A DNA stretch of 62,622 nucleotides, the filler included. It is 4 parts of 4 records of this genome, joined end to end, with 100 filler letters (N's around TTAATTAATTAA, not from the genome) between each part and the next. Parts side by side here need not be neighbours in the genome. Positions count along the whole stretch, not along the records: positions 1 to 20,242 come from SRR16203515_300; positions 20,343 to 34,220 come from SRR16203515_302; 2 more parts are not named here. One strand, given 5' to 3'. Of the stretch, positions 11,076 to 20,657 are shown piece after piece. The notes beneath the pieces were generated by a model. The model was given only the letters and a program-made list of their open reading frames with translations. It searched no databases and was not told the origin of the DNA. Every line of letters begins with the position of its first letter. Positions within the stretch are counted from its first letter, which is position 1. A program made the translations under genes and the position numbers.

Positions 11076-12134
11076 TTAAAAATCAGCTTTTCGAGAATAC
11101 CAGTTAACAGGGCGTTCGTACTGCTCCAGTTGAGCATCAACGCCTAATGTTAGTGCAAACAGTGCCATGCGGATCAGCAAGCCATTATCAGCCTGTCTAA
11201 AGATAGCTAGATTTGGATGATCGTTGAGATCATTGTCCAATTCATTTGCTTGCTCACGAGAGTCTCGTGGCAGCGGGTGCATGATCACAGTGTTTGACTT
11301 GCAATGCTGTGTATAAATACTTTGGTTTAAACGGAACTTACCACGGTATTTATTCGCTTCTTCTTGAGAAGGGAAGCGTTCTTCTTGAATACGCGTAAGA
11401 TAGAGTATATCAGCGCGATCTAAATTGCCTTCAAGCTGATCTGTTATTGTGATCTTATGGCCAGCATTTTCAATGTCACTGATCACAGAGTCAGGCATTG
11501 CTAGCTCTTTTGGTGATACGAGTGTGAAGCTAACATCTTTATACATGCATAACAGACGCGAAAGTGAGTGTACCGTACGGCCAAATTTCAAATCACCAAC
11601 CATAGCGATGTTCATGCCGCTAATGTCACGACCGCCTGCAGCCAGCTCTTTTTGAATAGTAAACAGGTCTAAAAGTGCTTGAGTTGGGTGCTCGTTAGCA
11701 CCATCACCGCCATTGATAACCGGTACGCGGCTGCCTTTAGCAAACTCACTTACAGAGAAAGAATCAGGGTGACGCATGGCGATTACGTCAGAGTAGCTAG
11801 AAAGTACGCGCGCGGTATCGTATAGCGATTCGCCTTTTGATAGCGAAGATGATGCCATACCTACAGTTTCATTCACTCTACCGCCAAGTAGATTAAATGC
11901 ACTGGCAAAGCTGACGCGGGTACGGGTGCTAGGCTCGAAAAACAGGTTGCCTAAAACTGCGCCATCTAAAACTGTGGTGCGTTTTTGTCTTAAAGCATAA
12001 GGGGTCATGCGGGTAGCAACAGAAAAAACTTTTTCAACGGCTTCCAAATCTAATTGGTTTACCGAAAGGATATGCGAACCTTGAAACTGAGTCATCAGCC
12101 TATATTTCCAATTTCTGAGGGGCGTTAATAGCAA
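11076..12134 (-). CDS. pyrB: aspartate carbamoyltransferase catalytic chain (likely start at 12095, MTQFQG)
   Basis: Motifs FFEPSTRTR, HPTQALLD and MHPLPR. Confidence 0.95.
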   Translation of the reverse strand: MLLTPLRNWKYRLMTQFQGSHILSVNQLDLEAVEKVFSVATRMTPYALRQKRTTVLDGAVLGNLFFEPSTRTRVSFASAFNLLGGRVNETVGMASSSLSKGESLYDTARVLSSYSDVIAMRHPDSFSVSEFAKGSRVPVINGGDGANEHPTQALLDLFTIQKELAAGGRDISGMNIAMVGDLKFGRTVHSLSRLLCMYKDVSFTLVSPKELAMPDSVISDIENAGHKITITDQLEGNLDRADILYLTRIQEERFPSQEEANKYRGKFRLNQSIYTQHCKSNTVIMHPLPRDSREQANELDNDLNDHPNLAIFRQADNGLLIRMALFALTLGVDAQLEQYERPVNWYSRKADF

Positions 12135-12378
12135 AGCTATTGCCCGAATTTATGTAGGGTGGCTGAGGCGGCACTATAGCAGAATCTAATGGGCAGATAA
12201 ATAATACAAGCACAGAACATTGGATTAAATCATGCAGATTTTAGACTTATATGCTTAGGCAGAAACATTCTGTTGCTGCTAATTTTGCGAAAACCTTGCC
12301 AAAGAGTGTGTTGACGGGTAAAACTGCGCATGACTTATCATATTTTCGATACAGAACAATACATTTGGAAGGCTTAGT

Positions 12379-13164
12379 TTGGACCATTTTATTTGGAATA
12401 TCGATCCCGTAGCGATTAGCGTTATGGGGTTAACTGTACACTGGTACGGGATCTTATTTGCGCTGGCAATCGCCTCTGGTTTTCAAGTAATGAAGCGCAT
12501 TTATATTAAAGAAAGCTTACCGGTTGAATCATTAGACAACCTGTTAATGTATTGCGTTGTGGGTATTATTGTTGGCGCGCGTTTAGCCCATTGCTTGTTT
12601 TATGATCCAGCTTACTATCTAAGTAACCCAATAAAAATCTTAGCTATTTGGGAAGGCGGCTTAGCCAGTCACGGCGGTGGTTTGGGGGCGATTTTGGCGC
12701 TATATTATTATCAGCGTCAGGTGAAACTGCCTTTCTTGTTCTTACTGGATCGTTTAGCGATTGCCACGGCTATTTTTGGCTTCTTTGTGCGCATGGCTAA
12801 TTTTGTCAATTCAGAAATTCTTGGCTTACCTAGCAATGTGCCTTGGGCAATTGTGTTTGAGCGGGTAGATATGTTGCCACGCCATCCTGCGCAGCTATAT
12901 GAAGCCATTGCTTACTTGTCGATTTTTGCCTTGTTGTGGGCTATTTATAAGCTCACAGATATGAAGCAAAAGCACGGCGCCATTTTTGGTTTATTTCTAG
13001 TGCTGGTATTTAGTTCTCGTTTCTTAATTGAAATGGTGAAAGTGAAGCAAGCGGTTTACGCTGATACGTGGACGTTTAGCGCTGGCCAATTACTTAGCAT
13101 TCCATTCTTAGTGGTGGGTGTGGTATTGCTTATTTTGCCTTATGTAAGAAAAGCCAAAGTTTAA
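12379..13164 (+). CDS. lgt: prolipoprotein diacylglyceryl transferase
   Basis: Motifs HWYG, GARL, WEGGLASHGG, R..NFVNSEI.G and RHPAQLYEA. Confidence 0.92.
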   Translation: MDHFIWNIDPVAISVMGLTVHWYGILFALAIASGFQVMKRIYIKESLPVESLDNLLMYCVVGIIVGARLAHCLFYDPAYYLSNPIKILAIWEGGLASHGGGLGAILALYYYQRQVKLPFLFLLDRLAIATAIFGFFVRMANFVNSEILGLPSNVPWAIVFERVDMLPRHPAQLYEAIAYLSIFALLWAIYKLTDMKQKHGAIFGLFLVLVFSSRFLIEMVKVKQAVYADTWTFSAGQLLSIPFLVVGVVLLILPYVRKAKV

Positions 13165-13191
13165 GCTTAACTAAATTCAGCTGTGCTAAAT

Positions 13192-13224
13192 AAAAGCCGT
13201 AAACTTAATGTTTACGGCTTTTTT
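13192..13224. terminator. bidirectional terminator lgt/bax-like
   Basis: aaaagccgtaaac-ttaat-gtttacggctttttt. Confidence 0.85.
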
Positions 13225-13253
13225 GTTTTTAATGTGACTGGTAAAACTAATTG

Positions 13254-14345
13254 TCAGTCAGGTCTTGGGATTAAATGTAGCGGCGCTGCATCACTTAAAT
13301 AAGCTTCATCGACCTGATCTAGCTTGTTATAGCTAATCATCTGCCGTATGCCATCAATATAGGCTTGGCCGCGTTCAGAGTACTTATCTAAGGTGCCTGC
13401 GAGCTCCATGCCTGTAATGGGCTTATTTTCTGCGCGCAGTTTTGCGCGTAACTCTCGAAGTTTTTTATAGGCATTATTAGTATTAAGGTTAAGCATATAG
13501 CCCTCAACAGAGGCCAGCGGCGTGTCAAAACGGGCTAAACCATAGTTGCCTAACTCTTTACGTTGCTGCTTGGGGATCATGCCTTTGCCGCTAAAGTCCC
13601 ACTGACCAAAAAATGCGTTACCCTCAACGGTAAAGCGTGACGTTGCCCAACCACTTTCTTCAGCGGCTTGAGCCAGTACCAATGATGGCGGCATGATATC
13701 AACTTCTTCTAATAGTGCTTGGCGTTGTTGCTCTGTTAGCGCGGTATTGTCGTCTTTGGTGATTTTGTATTTAAAGGCAATTTTTTGCAGAATAGCATCG
13801 TTTAATGGGGCTTCGGCGATAAGTTTACGCTCTAACAAAATGTTCTCATTGGCTACTAGAATGAGCGGCGCGAGTAAGCGGAAAAACACCATTTTCTTTT
13901 GCTGTACAGGGATTTGGTTTGAGGTCTTTTGCCAGCGTTCGCTCACAGATTCAAAGGTGAGGCGAGGCACTTCTCGGTTACCCTCTTGCCAGCTTTTAGT
14001 ATTGTAATTGAGAGAATCAAATAGCGTCATTAGCTCGTCGAGAGAGTTGACGCGAATGTCTTTGGCGGCTTTGGTTGGGCGCTCGTCCGACACATTAGTA
14101 AAGCTGTTTTGTGTGGTATCTGAACCTGTTGGGGTCGCAAGATCTTTAGCTGCTACTTTTTCGTTATTACTATTACTGCTTTGTTTCGTTGTGGTTTTAT
14201 CTTGTTCGCTATCAGACTGCTGTTGCTCATTGTAGACGACTCTATTACCGCCACTTTCTGGGTTAAATTGGGAATTAGCGGCATATAAGATGAGTGTTAA
14301 GCTAAGCGCTGCAAGGGCTATTAGCGTCTGGGGCTTTTTAAGCAT
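13254..14345 (-). CDS. Bax-like glucosaminidase-domain (GH73-like) protein
   Basis: N-terminal anchor; LAQAAEESGWATSRF...NAFFG and YMLNLNT...YSERG. Confidence 0.82.
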   Translation of the reverse strand: MLKKPQTLIALAALSLTLILYAANSQFNPESGGNRVVYNEQQQSDSEQDKTTTKQSSNSNNEKVAAKDLATPTGSDTTQNSFTNVSDERPTKAAKDIRVNSLDELMTLFDSLNYNTKSWQEGNREVPRLTFESVSERWQKTSNQIPVQQKKMVFFRLLAPLILVANENILLERKLIAEAPLNDAILQKIAFKYKITKDDNTALTEQQRQALLEEVDIMPPSLVLAQAAEESGWATSRFTVEGNAFFGQWDFSGKGMIPKQQRKELGNYGLARFDTPLASVEGYMLNLNTNNAYKKLRELRAKLRAENKPITGMELAGTLDKYSERGQAYIDGIRQMISYNKLDQVDEAYLSDAAPLHLIPRPD

Positions 14346-14451
14346 AAACCGTCCTGAAATTTAGCGTATCTTGTTTAAACTTAGCTTAATTTATGCGGTT
14401 CTTCATTAACTGTTTGATTTAAGTGTGTTGGCTTTTAGTGATGTAGAAAAT

Positions 14452-14486
14452 AAAAAGCCCAAATGCATATTGGCATTTAGGCTTTT
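14452..14486 (-). terminator. terminator after cytochrome c/sor operon
   Basis: aaaaagcccaaatgc-atattg-gcatttaggctttt. Confidence 0.7.
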
Positions 14487-14541
14487 ATGAATGGCTGAAT
14501 AAACAAATGCTTTGCCTGTTTAATGGCTTATGACTTGTCTA

Positions 14542-14967
14542 TTATTTGCTTAAATCTGACGCAGTTTGCGTTGAGTAGTAGTAAGCAACATCTTTCATTT
14601 CTGTTTCAGATAGCATTCCCGCTTGGGCTTGCATCAGTGGATCGCTGCGGTCACCACGCTTAAACTCAACCAACTGCTTGAATAGGTAAGCAGCTTTTTG
14701 GCCTTTAATATCAGGGTAAGTCTTCATCATGCCTAGCATGGCATCACCATGACAAGCGATACAGCGCTGGTTAGCCAGGGCTTCACCTTTACTCGCATCA
14801 GCTTGATAGTTTAGTGCGCTAGCCTCAAGTTTTAACCCTTGTACTGCGAGTGTATCTTTAAAAGATGTGTCTGCATTGGCAATACTTACGCTAACAGAAG
14901 TTGCCCAAATCAAGCTGACTGCTAAGACTTGTTTAATTAAACTATTAGGCATCTTAACCTTCCTCAC
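14542..14967 (-). CDS. periplasmic monoheme cytochrome c (c4/c553-like; likely start at 14952)
   Basis: Signal peptide, CIACH, and YP...GQ...YL..QL..FK.G.R....M. Confidence 0.88.
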   Translation of the reverse strand: MRKVKMPNSLIKQVLAVSLIWATSVSVSIANADTSFKDTLAVQGLKLEASALNYQADASKGEALANQRCIACHGDAMLGMMKTYPDIKGQKAAYLFKQLVEFKRGDRSDPLMQAQAGMLSETEMKDVAYYYSTQTASDLSK

Positions 14968-15343
14968 CTGGTGTTGGCATTGGCGGCATTTGCTCGCTAT
15001 CCAAAGGCTTACGTCTAAAGATTTTCATGTCGATACCGGTCTCATTATAATAAGTTGATAGGTAATCAAGCACTGGATCCCAAGTGTCAGACAAGTCCCA
15101 TAGGCCTTGGGTGTCAACCATCCATTGAATCGTATCGCGCCAAACTTCGCGGTTACCCTTGTTTTGAGGAATAATCAATGAAGTATGACAAGCATTACAT
15201 TGGTAGTTCACCATCTCCCAACCTGGTGCCATAATCAGGCCTGACTCAGGATCGACTGGGTAGCTCTTGGCTGCATCAGCAGCCATAGCAGGAGAGAGGC
15301 AACTTAGGGCAAGCAAGCTTGCCGTAAACAAAGTCTTTCTCAT
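14954..15343 (-). CDS. sorB: SorB-like monoheme cytochrome c subunit of sulfite dehydrogenase
   Basis: Signal peptide, CNACH, W..TIQWM...QGLW; coupled to sorA. Confidence 0.75.
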   Translation of the reverse strand: MRKTLFTASLLALSCLSPAMAADAAKSYPVDPESGLIMAPGWEMVNYQCNACHTSLIIPQNKGNREVWRDTIQWMVDTQGLWDLSDTWDPVLDYLSTYYNETGIDMKIFRRKPLDSEQMPPMPTPGEEG

Positions 15344-16569
15344 TATACGACCCTTACTGCCACTCGGTGACAGCCGTTAAATAGGTAACCTTTCGGGTTC
15401 CACTGTGGTTGAACCATTGGCTGAGAGTCGCCCTTGGTGTCAGTTGCACGCGCCCAAATTTCATAGTAACCAGCCTGCGGTAACTTAAGGTCGACTTTCC
15501 ATTGCTGCCAAGCTGTTGGGTTTACAGGCTTAGTGAGTGACGCGGTTTGCCAAGTGGTACCGTAGTCGTAACTGACTTCAACTTTGGCTACATCGCGCAT
15601 ACCAGCCCATGCATGACCGCTTACTGAAAGCGTTTTGCCCAACTTCATTTCGCTACCGGTTTGTGGTGAAGTGATAAGTGACTTAACAATCATCTCTTCG
15701 ATAATCTTAAAGTCTTTATTTGCGACTTTCTCACCAGGTGCCACAGGGAATTTTGGTACCTGGTAAGCTGGTGCTTCCATCTTCTTACCGTCATGTACGC
15801 GGTCACGAACGCCCATACCTGTTGCACATTTTTGTGACACAGAGCCCGGACGGCCACCAAATACGATACGCAGCGGGTAACCGTGCATGTATGGAATGTC
15901 TTCGCCGTTCATGCCCCAAGCAATCATGCCGTTTTCATTCATGGCTGCATCGATTGGCACACCGCGCGAAATTGCTGCGCCTTTACCACTAATGTGCTTA
16001 TCTGCACCATAGTGAGCAGTGTAAACCGCATCGCTCTTCACGCCACAGTCAGCCAGTACGTCTTTAATCAATACGCCGGTCCATTCTGCGCAGAATACCG
16101 CAGTGTTACTCCACTGGTTACCCTTAGCATTTGGGTAGAAGTTTTCACGGCTGTTACCACCACATTCAAGCACTAGCTGCTGGGTGTGGGTTTTGAATTT
16201 CTTTTTCAGTTCAGCAATGGTGTAGGTTTTTGGGGTTTCAATTGACTCACCGTCAACAGTGAACTCCCAAGTGTCAGGATCGATTTTGTCGAACTCTGGC
16301 ATTTGACCATTCCAGCGGATAAAAGCGACATCTGCTGGGGTTTTAACTGGCGCAAGTAAATGCTCTGGTGGGAAGGCGTTCAGTGGGCTTGAGTTTAATA
16401 CTTTAAAGTGACTTGGTAAGTCATCAACGTTTTTCCATTTAACTGCTGATACGTCCATTGGTTCAATACCGTCTGGGCGGTTTGATGCAAAGGCCCAGTT
16501 AAGCGGCAGCATGGCTGTTACAGAGGTCGCCGCAGCGCCCTTTAAAAATTTACGTCTATCGATAGCCAT
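15343..16569 (-). CDS. sorA: sulfite oxidase-family molybdoenzyme (SorA-like), Tat-exported
   Basis: Twin-arginine DRRKFLKG, Mo-ligand LECGGN, AEWTGV, HGYPLR, and C-terminal dimerisation domain ARATD..G..QP...WN.KG. Confidence 0.85.
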   Translation of the reverse strand: MAIDRRKFLKGAAATSVTAMLPLNWAFASNRPDGIEPMDVSAVKWKNVDDLPSHFKVLNSSPLNAFPPEHLLAPVKTPADVAFIRWNGQMPEFDKIDPDTWEFTVDGESIETPKTYTIAELKKKFKTHTQQLVLECGGNSRENFYPNAKGNQWSNTAVFCAEWTGVLIKDVLADCGVKSDAVYTAHYGADKHISGKGAAISRGVPIDAAMNENGMIAWGMNGEDIPYMHGYPLRIVFGGRPGSVSQKCATGMGVRDRVHDGKKMEAPAYQVPKFPVAPGEKVANKDFKIIEEMIVKSLITSPQTGSEMKLGKTLSVSGHAWAGMRDVAKVEVSYDYGTTWQTASLTKPVNPTAWQQWKVDLKLPQAGYYEIWARATDTKGDSQPMVQPQWNPKGYLFNGCHRVAVRVV

Positions 16570-16889
16570 TAGTCTTGCTCCTTCCCAGTATTGAAATAAA
16601 CAGCCATTGCTTGCATTTGCTCTTGTGTTAGCAATTTAGCAACTTTACTCATCGTTTGGTCTTGGCGTTTATCTGCTTTAAAGTTTTTTAGTTGTCCAAC
16701 CATGTACTGCACGTTTTGCCCCTTCAAATTAGGGATTGAGTCGAATTCATTGCTCCCGTCGACTCCATGACATGCGATACACATGTTGAGCAGCTTTTGA
16801 TAGTCCTCTGCGAATGCTTGGTTGCTAAACCCAACCATTGATGCAGATATCACGACTAGTGCTGCTATTTTATTTTTTAATACACTCAT
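16569..16889 (-). CDS. periplasmic monoheme cytochrome c
   Basis: Signal peptide, CIACHG, PNLKGQ...QL..FK. Confidence 0.88.
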   Translation of the reverse strand: MSVLKNKIAALVVISASMVGFSNQAFAEDYQKLLNMCIACHGVDGSNEFDSIPNLKGQNVQYMVGQLKNFKADKRQDQTMSKVAKLLTQEQMQAMAVYFNTGKEQD

Positions 16890-16943
16890 TAGGTGCCCTT
16901 ATCGGGTAATGTTATTTACGTTTGGCCAGTAGCGACTTCCAAA

Positions 16944-17068
16944 GAACTCGCCTTATCTGTGCATAGAGCTTGATAGTGCGTTTATCAAGTCACGACCCTG
17001 CAACGTTTTTTTATCAAGGCCAACAGATGCATCTTTTCGTTTTGTCGCAAAAGAAGGCGATTGAGTTC
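16944..17068 (-). ncRNA. putative structured 5' leader RNA of the cytochrome c-sorAB operon (no family recognised)
   Basis: Five nested complementary stems found by eye, ending 55 nt upstream of the ATG. Confidence 0.45.
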
Positions 17069-17512
17069 GTAAAACTACAGAAAAGTGTGACCGTTAGCCT
17101 GTAAAAAGTTCTAAAAAGTTGTGAAACATTCTAATTTTTAGGAGGGTTTTTGCGGTTCTAGCGGTTAACAAACTAATTATTGGTGTTGATGGATTTGTGG
17201 TGTGTTTGTTGTTTAATTATTGGTCTAGGGTATTGAATATGCTGGATTTACGTTGAGTTGACATGTTTAGCTGATAATTTAGGCGCTATGTTTATTTGTT
17301 AGCCACCTGTCTTGTTAAGCTTTTGCAGTGGCAAGCTGGTGGAGTAAGTCACCTTGATTTTAATAACATGTTTAATCATGGCGTTTTTTAAAGTAAATAC
17401 ACTGAGTATTAACAACCAAAACCAGAAGTTAAATCATGCCTGAGCTGATCTTCATTTCAAAAATACTCGTGTCGATTTTTGCCGTGCTGGCTTATACCAA
17501 TTAGCAATATTT

Positions 17513-19300
17513 TTATACTTGGCCTGAACGGATCTCTTTCTGCAGCGTCATCCAGTTAATCACTCCTACGATATTTTCAGGTGATTGCTGATAGATATAC
17601 ACCTCGCCGCGGCGTTCTTTGGCTAGCAATAGGTACACTTCGTTTAAGGTTGCCGTATCAGCTAGCCCTTGCACAGGGTGCCTTGTAAGTGTGCTGTCTT
17701 CATCGCGGGTTTGTAATTGCAGTTGCAACATTTCAATTTTACCACTGCCGTTACGCACCAACACTGAACGTCCTTCTGCGCGTTTAAGTACTTCTAACAG
17801 TAGCTCGTCGTTATCATTAACAATTACAAAGCGCTTATCCATAAGGTGGCGAACACCGACCTTTTGTAGACCAAGATTCACAGGAGCGACTTTATAGCCT
17901 AAGCCCATAATTTCTAGTTGCTTGAAGAAAATCGACTTAGTTTTAAAACCTTGGTGGGAAATCAAAAATGCCGGGATGACCACAAACATTGAGGGCAGGA
18001 TGATAGAGGCGTTATTGGTGAGTTCGATTAACGCCACAAGAGCCGCGAGAGGCGCACTTAAGCAAACACCCATCATCCCAGTCATGCCTATGATGGTATA
18101 AAGACCGATATAGGGCGCGATACTTGGAAAAAATATTGCGCTGATCAAAGCCAATATGGTGCCGAGTAATGCGCCAATGCCATATAGTGGGCCGATTAAT
18201 CCGCCGGGGATCCCAAGGCCGATGGCTGCAATTGTGGCAATCACTTTGCCAATTAAGATGGCGAATAAAAATAAAATACTCGGATGCTGATTGATGGTTT
18301 CTGCAATGGCAAGCTCACCACTACCAATCGCTTGTGGCAACACTAAGCCGACTAAGGTTGTAACCGCTCCTGCTAATAGCAGCCGGTTAAGTAGAGGCCA
18401 CTTTTGGCCAATTTCAGTCACTTTAAGCAAACTAGTGTTAAAGAAAGCGGCAACACAGCCCAGTATTACTCCAAAAATAGCCAGTAGCGGATATTGGCTT
18501 AGCGGAATGACTTCAGCGCCAATTTGCTCAAATTCGTGCACATCACCGAAGACCATCTGACTGGTTAAGGCACCGCAAATAGCGGATAGCATAATAGGGA
18601 AGAAATAATGGATCTTGTATTCGCGTAGCACGACTTCAAACACAAAGATAACAGCTGCAAGTGGAGCGTTAAAAATGGCTGCGATACCTGCAGCTATGCC
18701 ACTGGCACACATTACTCGCACGCTATTATCGGGTAAGCGAAATTTCTCGGCTAATACACTGGCGCTGACCGCACCTAAATGAATCGCTGGACCTTCTCGA
18801 CCTACGGAGAAGTTGGTCGCCAGAGCAAACAAGGCTTGAAAGAATTGACCGGGAGCAGATTGCAGTGGGATTTTGCCGTAATGCAGCTTCATTCTGTGGA
18901 TCACATAAGCGATACCCATACGTTTATAGCGCTGAGATCCCATTTTTGCGACACCCCAGATTAAAAATGAACCTAAAAGCGGTAATAATACTCGCCAGTC
19001 ATCGATGATATCCGTAAAATTCAGCTCTTGGGTTTTGGTGAAGGTGTCGCACCAAACCAGAAGTAGTCGGAAAAGAAGAATGACACCAGATGCAAATAGC
19101 GCAAACAGCAGCGCAAGCAAACACAACTGCACACTCACCTTAGACTGCGAAAGTATGTCTTTAAGGTCACTGTGAAAGTACTTTTGAAATTGCGCTCGCT
19201 TGTTAACAATTGCTTGGTGCACAGAAACTTCCAAAATTTTGTTTGTCACGTTGGTAGACAATGTGAGCTTTTTTATTAAGGGACTGTTACTTAATGTCAA
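17513..19300 (-). CDS. ClC-family chloride channel/H+ antiporter (true start probably downstream, about 19220)
   Basis: Motifs GREGP and GIAAIFNAPL, many TM helices, degenerate CBS tail. Confidence 0.9.
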   Translation of the reverse strand: MTLSNSPLIKKLTLSTNVTNKILEVSVHQAIVNKRAQFQKYFHSDLKDILSQSKVSVQLCLLALLFALFASGVILLFRLLLVWCDTFTKTQELNFTDIIDDWRVLLPLLGSFLIWGVAKMGSQRYKRMGIAYVIHRMKLHYGKIPLQSAPGQFFQALFALATNFSVGREGPAIHLGAVSASVLAEKFRLPDNSVRVMCASGIAAGIAAIFNAPLAAVIFVFEVVLREYKIHYFFPIMLSAICGALTSQMVFGDVHEFEQIGAEVIPLSQYPLLAIFGVILGCVAAFFNTSLLKVTEIGQKWPLLNRLLLAGAVTTLVGLVLPQAIGSGELAIAETINQHPSILFLFAILIGKVIATIAAIGLGIPGGLIGPLYGIGALLGTILALISAIFFPSIAPYIGLYTIIGMTGMMGVCLSAPLAALVALIELTNNASIILPSMFVVIPAFLISHQGFKTKSIFFKQLEIMGLGYKVAPVNLGLQKVGVRHLMDKRFVIVNDNDELLLEVLKRAEGRSVLVRNGSGKIEMLQLQLQTRDEDSTLTRHPVQGLADTATLNEVYLLLAKERRGEVYIYQQSPENIVGVINWMTLQKEIRSGQV

Positions 19301-20097
19301 ATTATCATCGTTGGGTCGATCGCATGCAAGTGGTTGAACGACAAATTAGACCCTCAAGTGTGTATTTATTGTTTTTAGTCCTGGTAGCGTTTGTTTTAGG
19401 CGGTTTAAGTTACGATTTTGCAAAGCAACATTATTTACCGAAAGCGGCAGCTAAAGTTGATAAATCTGAACAATATATCGCGCAACTACAGGAACAAGCG
19501 CAGACGTTAGCGGCGCGGAATATTGAACTTGCGGTTGAGCGTGAAGCTAACGACAACATGCAAGCTATGTTTGTTGAACAAAATGCTAAGAATAATGAAT
19601 TAGCACGAGAGCTGGCTTTTTATCGTAGTGTAATGGCACCAGAAAATAGTGCTGATGGTGTGGCGATTAATGGCCTAGAGCTTACACCAAGTATTGAGCC
19701 GCGCCAGTATCGCATCAAGTTAGTACTGACTCAGTTAGAGAAGCGTAAGCGTTCACTAGCAGGACGCAGTGAAATTACATTAGTGGGTTTGCAAGACGGC
19801 AAAACCGTTAACCTTAAACTGGCAGATTTGACAGACGACTCGTTTAAATTCAAATTTAGGTATTTTCAGATCTTAGATGGCGAATTTACATTGCCAGAAG
19901 GCTTTAGCTTATCTAGAGTGAAGGCCAAAGTGATTGTTCCTGCCAGCCGTTGGACCAAAGGCTCACAAACCGAACAGGAATATAGCGCACAAGATTTACT
20001 TGTGGATGAAAAAGAGCAGGGCATATTACTTGAACAAAATGGTCAGGTATTAGATAATTCTGCACAGCAAACAGATGTAAGAGGTAGTAATGACTGA
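19294..20097 (+). CDS. conserved membrane-anchored coiled-coil protein upstream of erpA (DUF6776-like)
   Basis: N-terminal TM, coiled coil, [11 protein letters not shown] and FKFRYFQ..GEF.LPEGF. Confidence 0.65.
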   Translation: MSNYHRWVDRMQVVERQIRPSSVYLLFLVLVAFVLGGLSYDFAKQHYLPKAAAKVDKSEQYIAQLQEQAQTLAARNIELAVEREANDNMQAMFVEQNAKNNELARELAFYRSVMAPENSADGVAINGLELTPSIEPRQYRIKLVLTQLEKRKRSLAGRSEITLVGLQDGKTVNLKLADLTDDSFKFKFRYFQILDGEFTLPEGFSLSRVKAKVIVPASRWTKGSQTEQEYSAQDLLVDEKEQGILLEQNGQVLDNSAQQTDVRGSND

Positions 20098-20242
20098 ACA
20101 AGCTGAAGATGCTTTGCCAATCCGTTTTACTGATGCGGCGGCTTCAAAAGTAAAAACCTTGCTCGATGAGGAAGAAAATGACGCACTTAAGCTACGTGTA
20201 TACGTAACAGGTGGCGGTTGCTCAGGTTTCCAATATGGCTTT
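20090..20242 (+). CDS. erpA: iron-sulfur cluster insertion protein ErpA (3' truncated by contig end)
   Basis: [10 protein letters not shown]...[19 protein letters not shown]. Confidence 0.9.
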
Positions 20243-20342
20243 NNNNNNNNNNNNNNNNNNNNNNNNNNNNNNNNNNNNNNNNNNNNTTAATTAATTAANN
20301 NNNNNNNNNNNNNNNNNNNNNNNNNNNNNNNNNNNNNNNNNN
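20243..20342. other. artificial contig linker
   Basis: 44 N + TTAATTAATTAA (stops in all six frames) + 44 N. Confidence 0.97.
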
Positions 20343-20483
20343 GCCCACTTTAAAGAAAAAGACCATAACAAAGCATTCTATCAATTCTGTTGTTATATAG
20401 AACCGGACTATCACCAACTTGAGCTAGATTTACGGTTGTTTTGTGTGGCTGTGGCCAAGGGTGAAAATCCATATCGCATATAA
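20343..20483 (+). CDS. YgjP-like M48/SprT-family metallohydrolase, C-terminal fragment
   Basis: Manual translation AHFKEKDHNKAFYQFCCYIEPDYHQLELDLRLF matches the YgjP C-terminus. Confidence 0.75.
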   Translation, partial: AHFKEKDHNKAFYQFCCYIEPDYHQLELDLRLFCVAVAKGENPYRI

Positions 20484-20657
20484 ACACTTAAAGTGAAAAA
20501 TTTCACCAGTCCAACTTCGGAAAAAATAATCTCACCGCCTTGTCAGTTAACGGCTCGGCTTTAGTAAAAAAGTGTAAAACCGCATAATTACTCCACATTT
20601 GTTCGTTATCCTCTTCATTGCAGCCTTGGACAGGCATTAATTATAGGGGAGTTATCG

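Noticed and set aside
20287-20298. TTAATTAATTAA motif recurring three times
   Set aside because: Always centred in 100-nt N blocks; it is a synthetic six-frame-stop linker, not a biological repeat.
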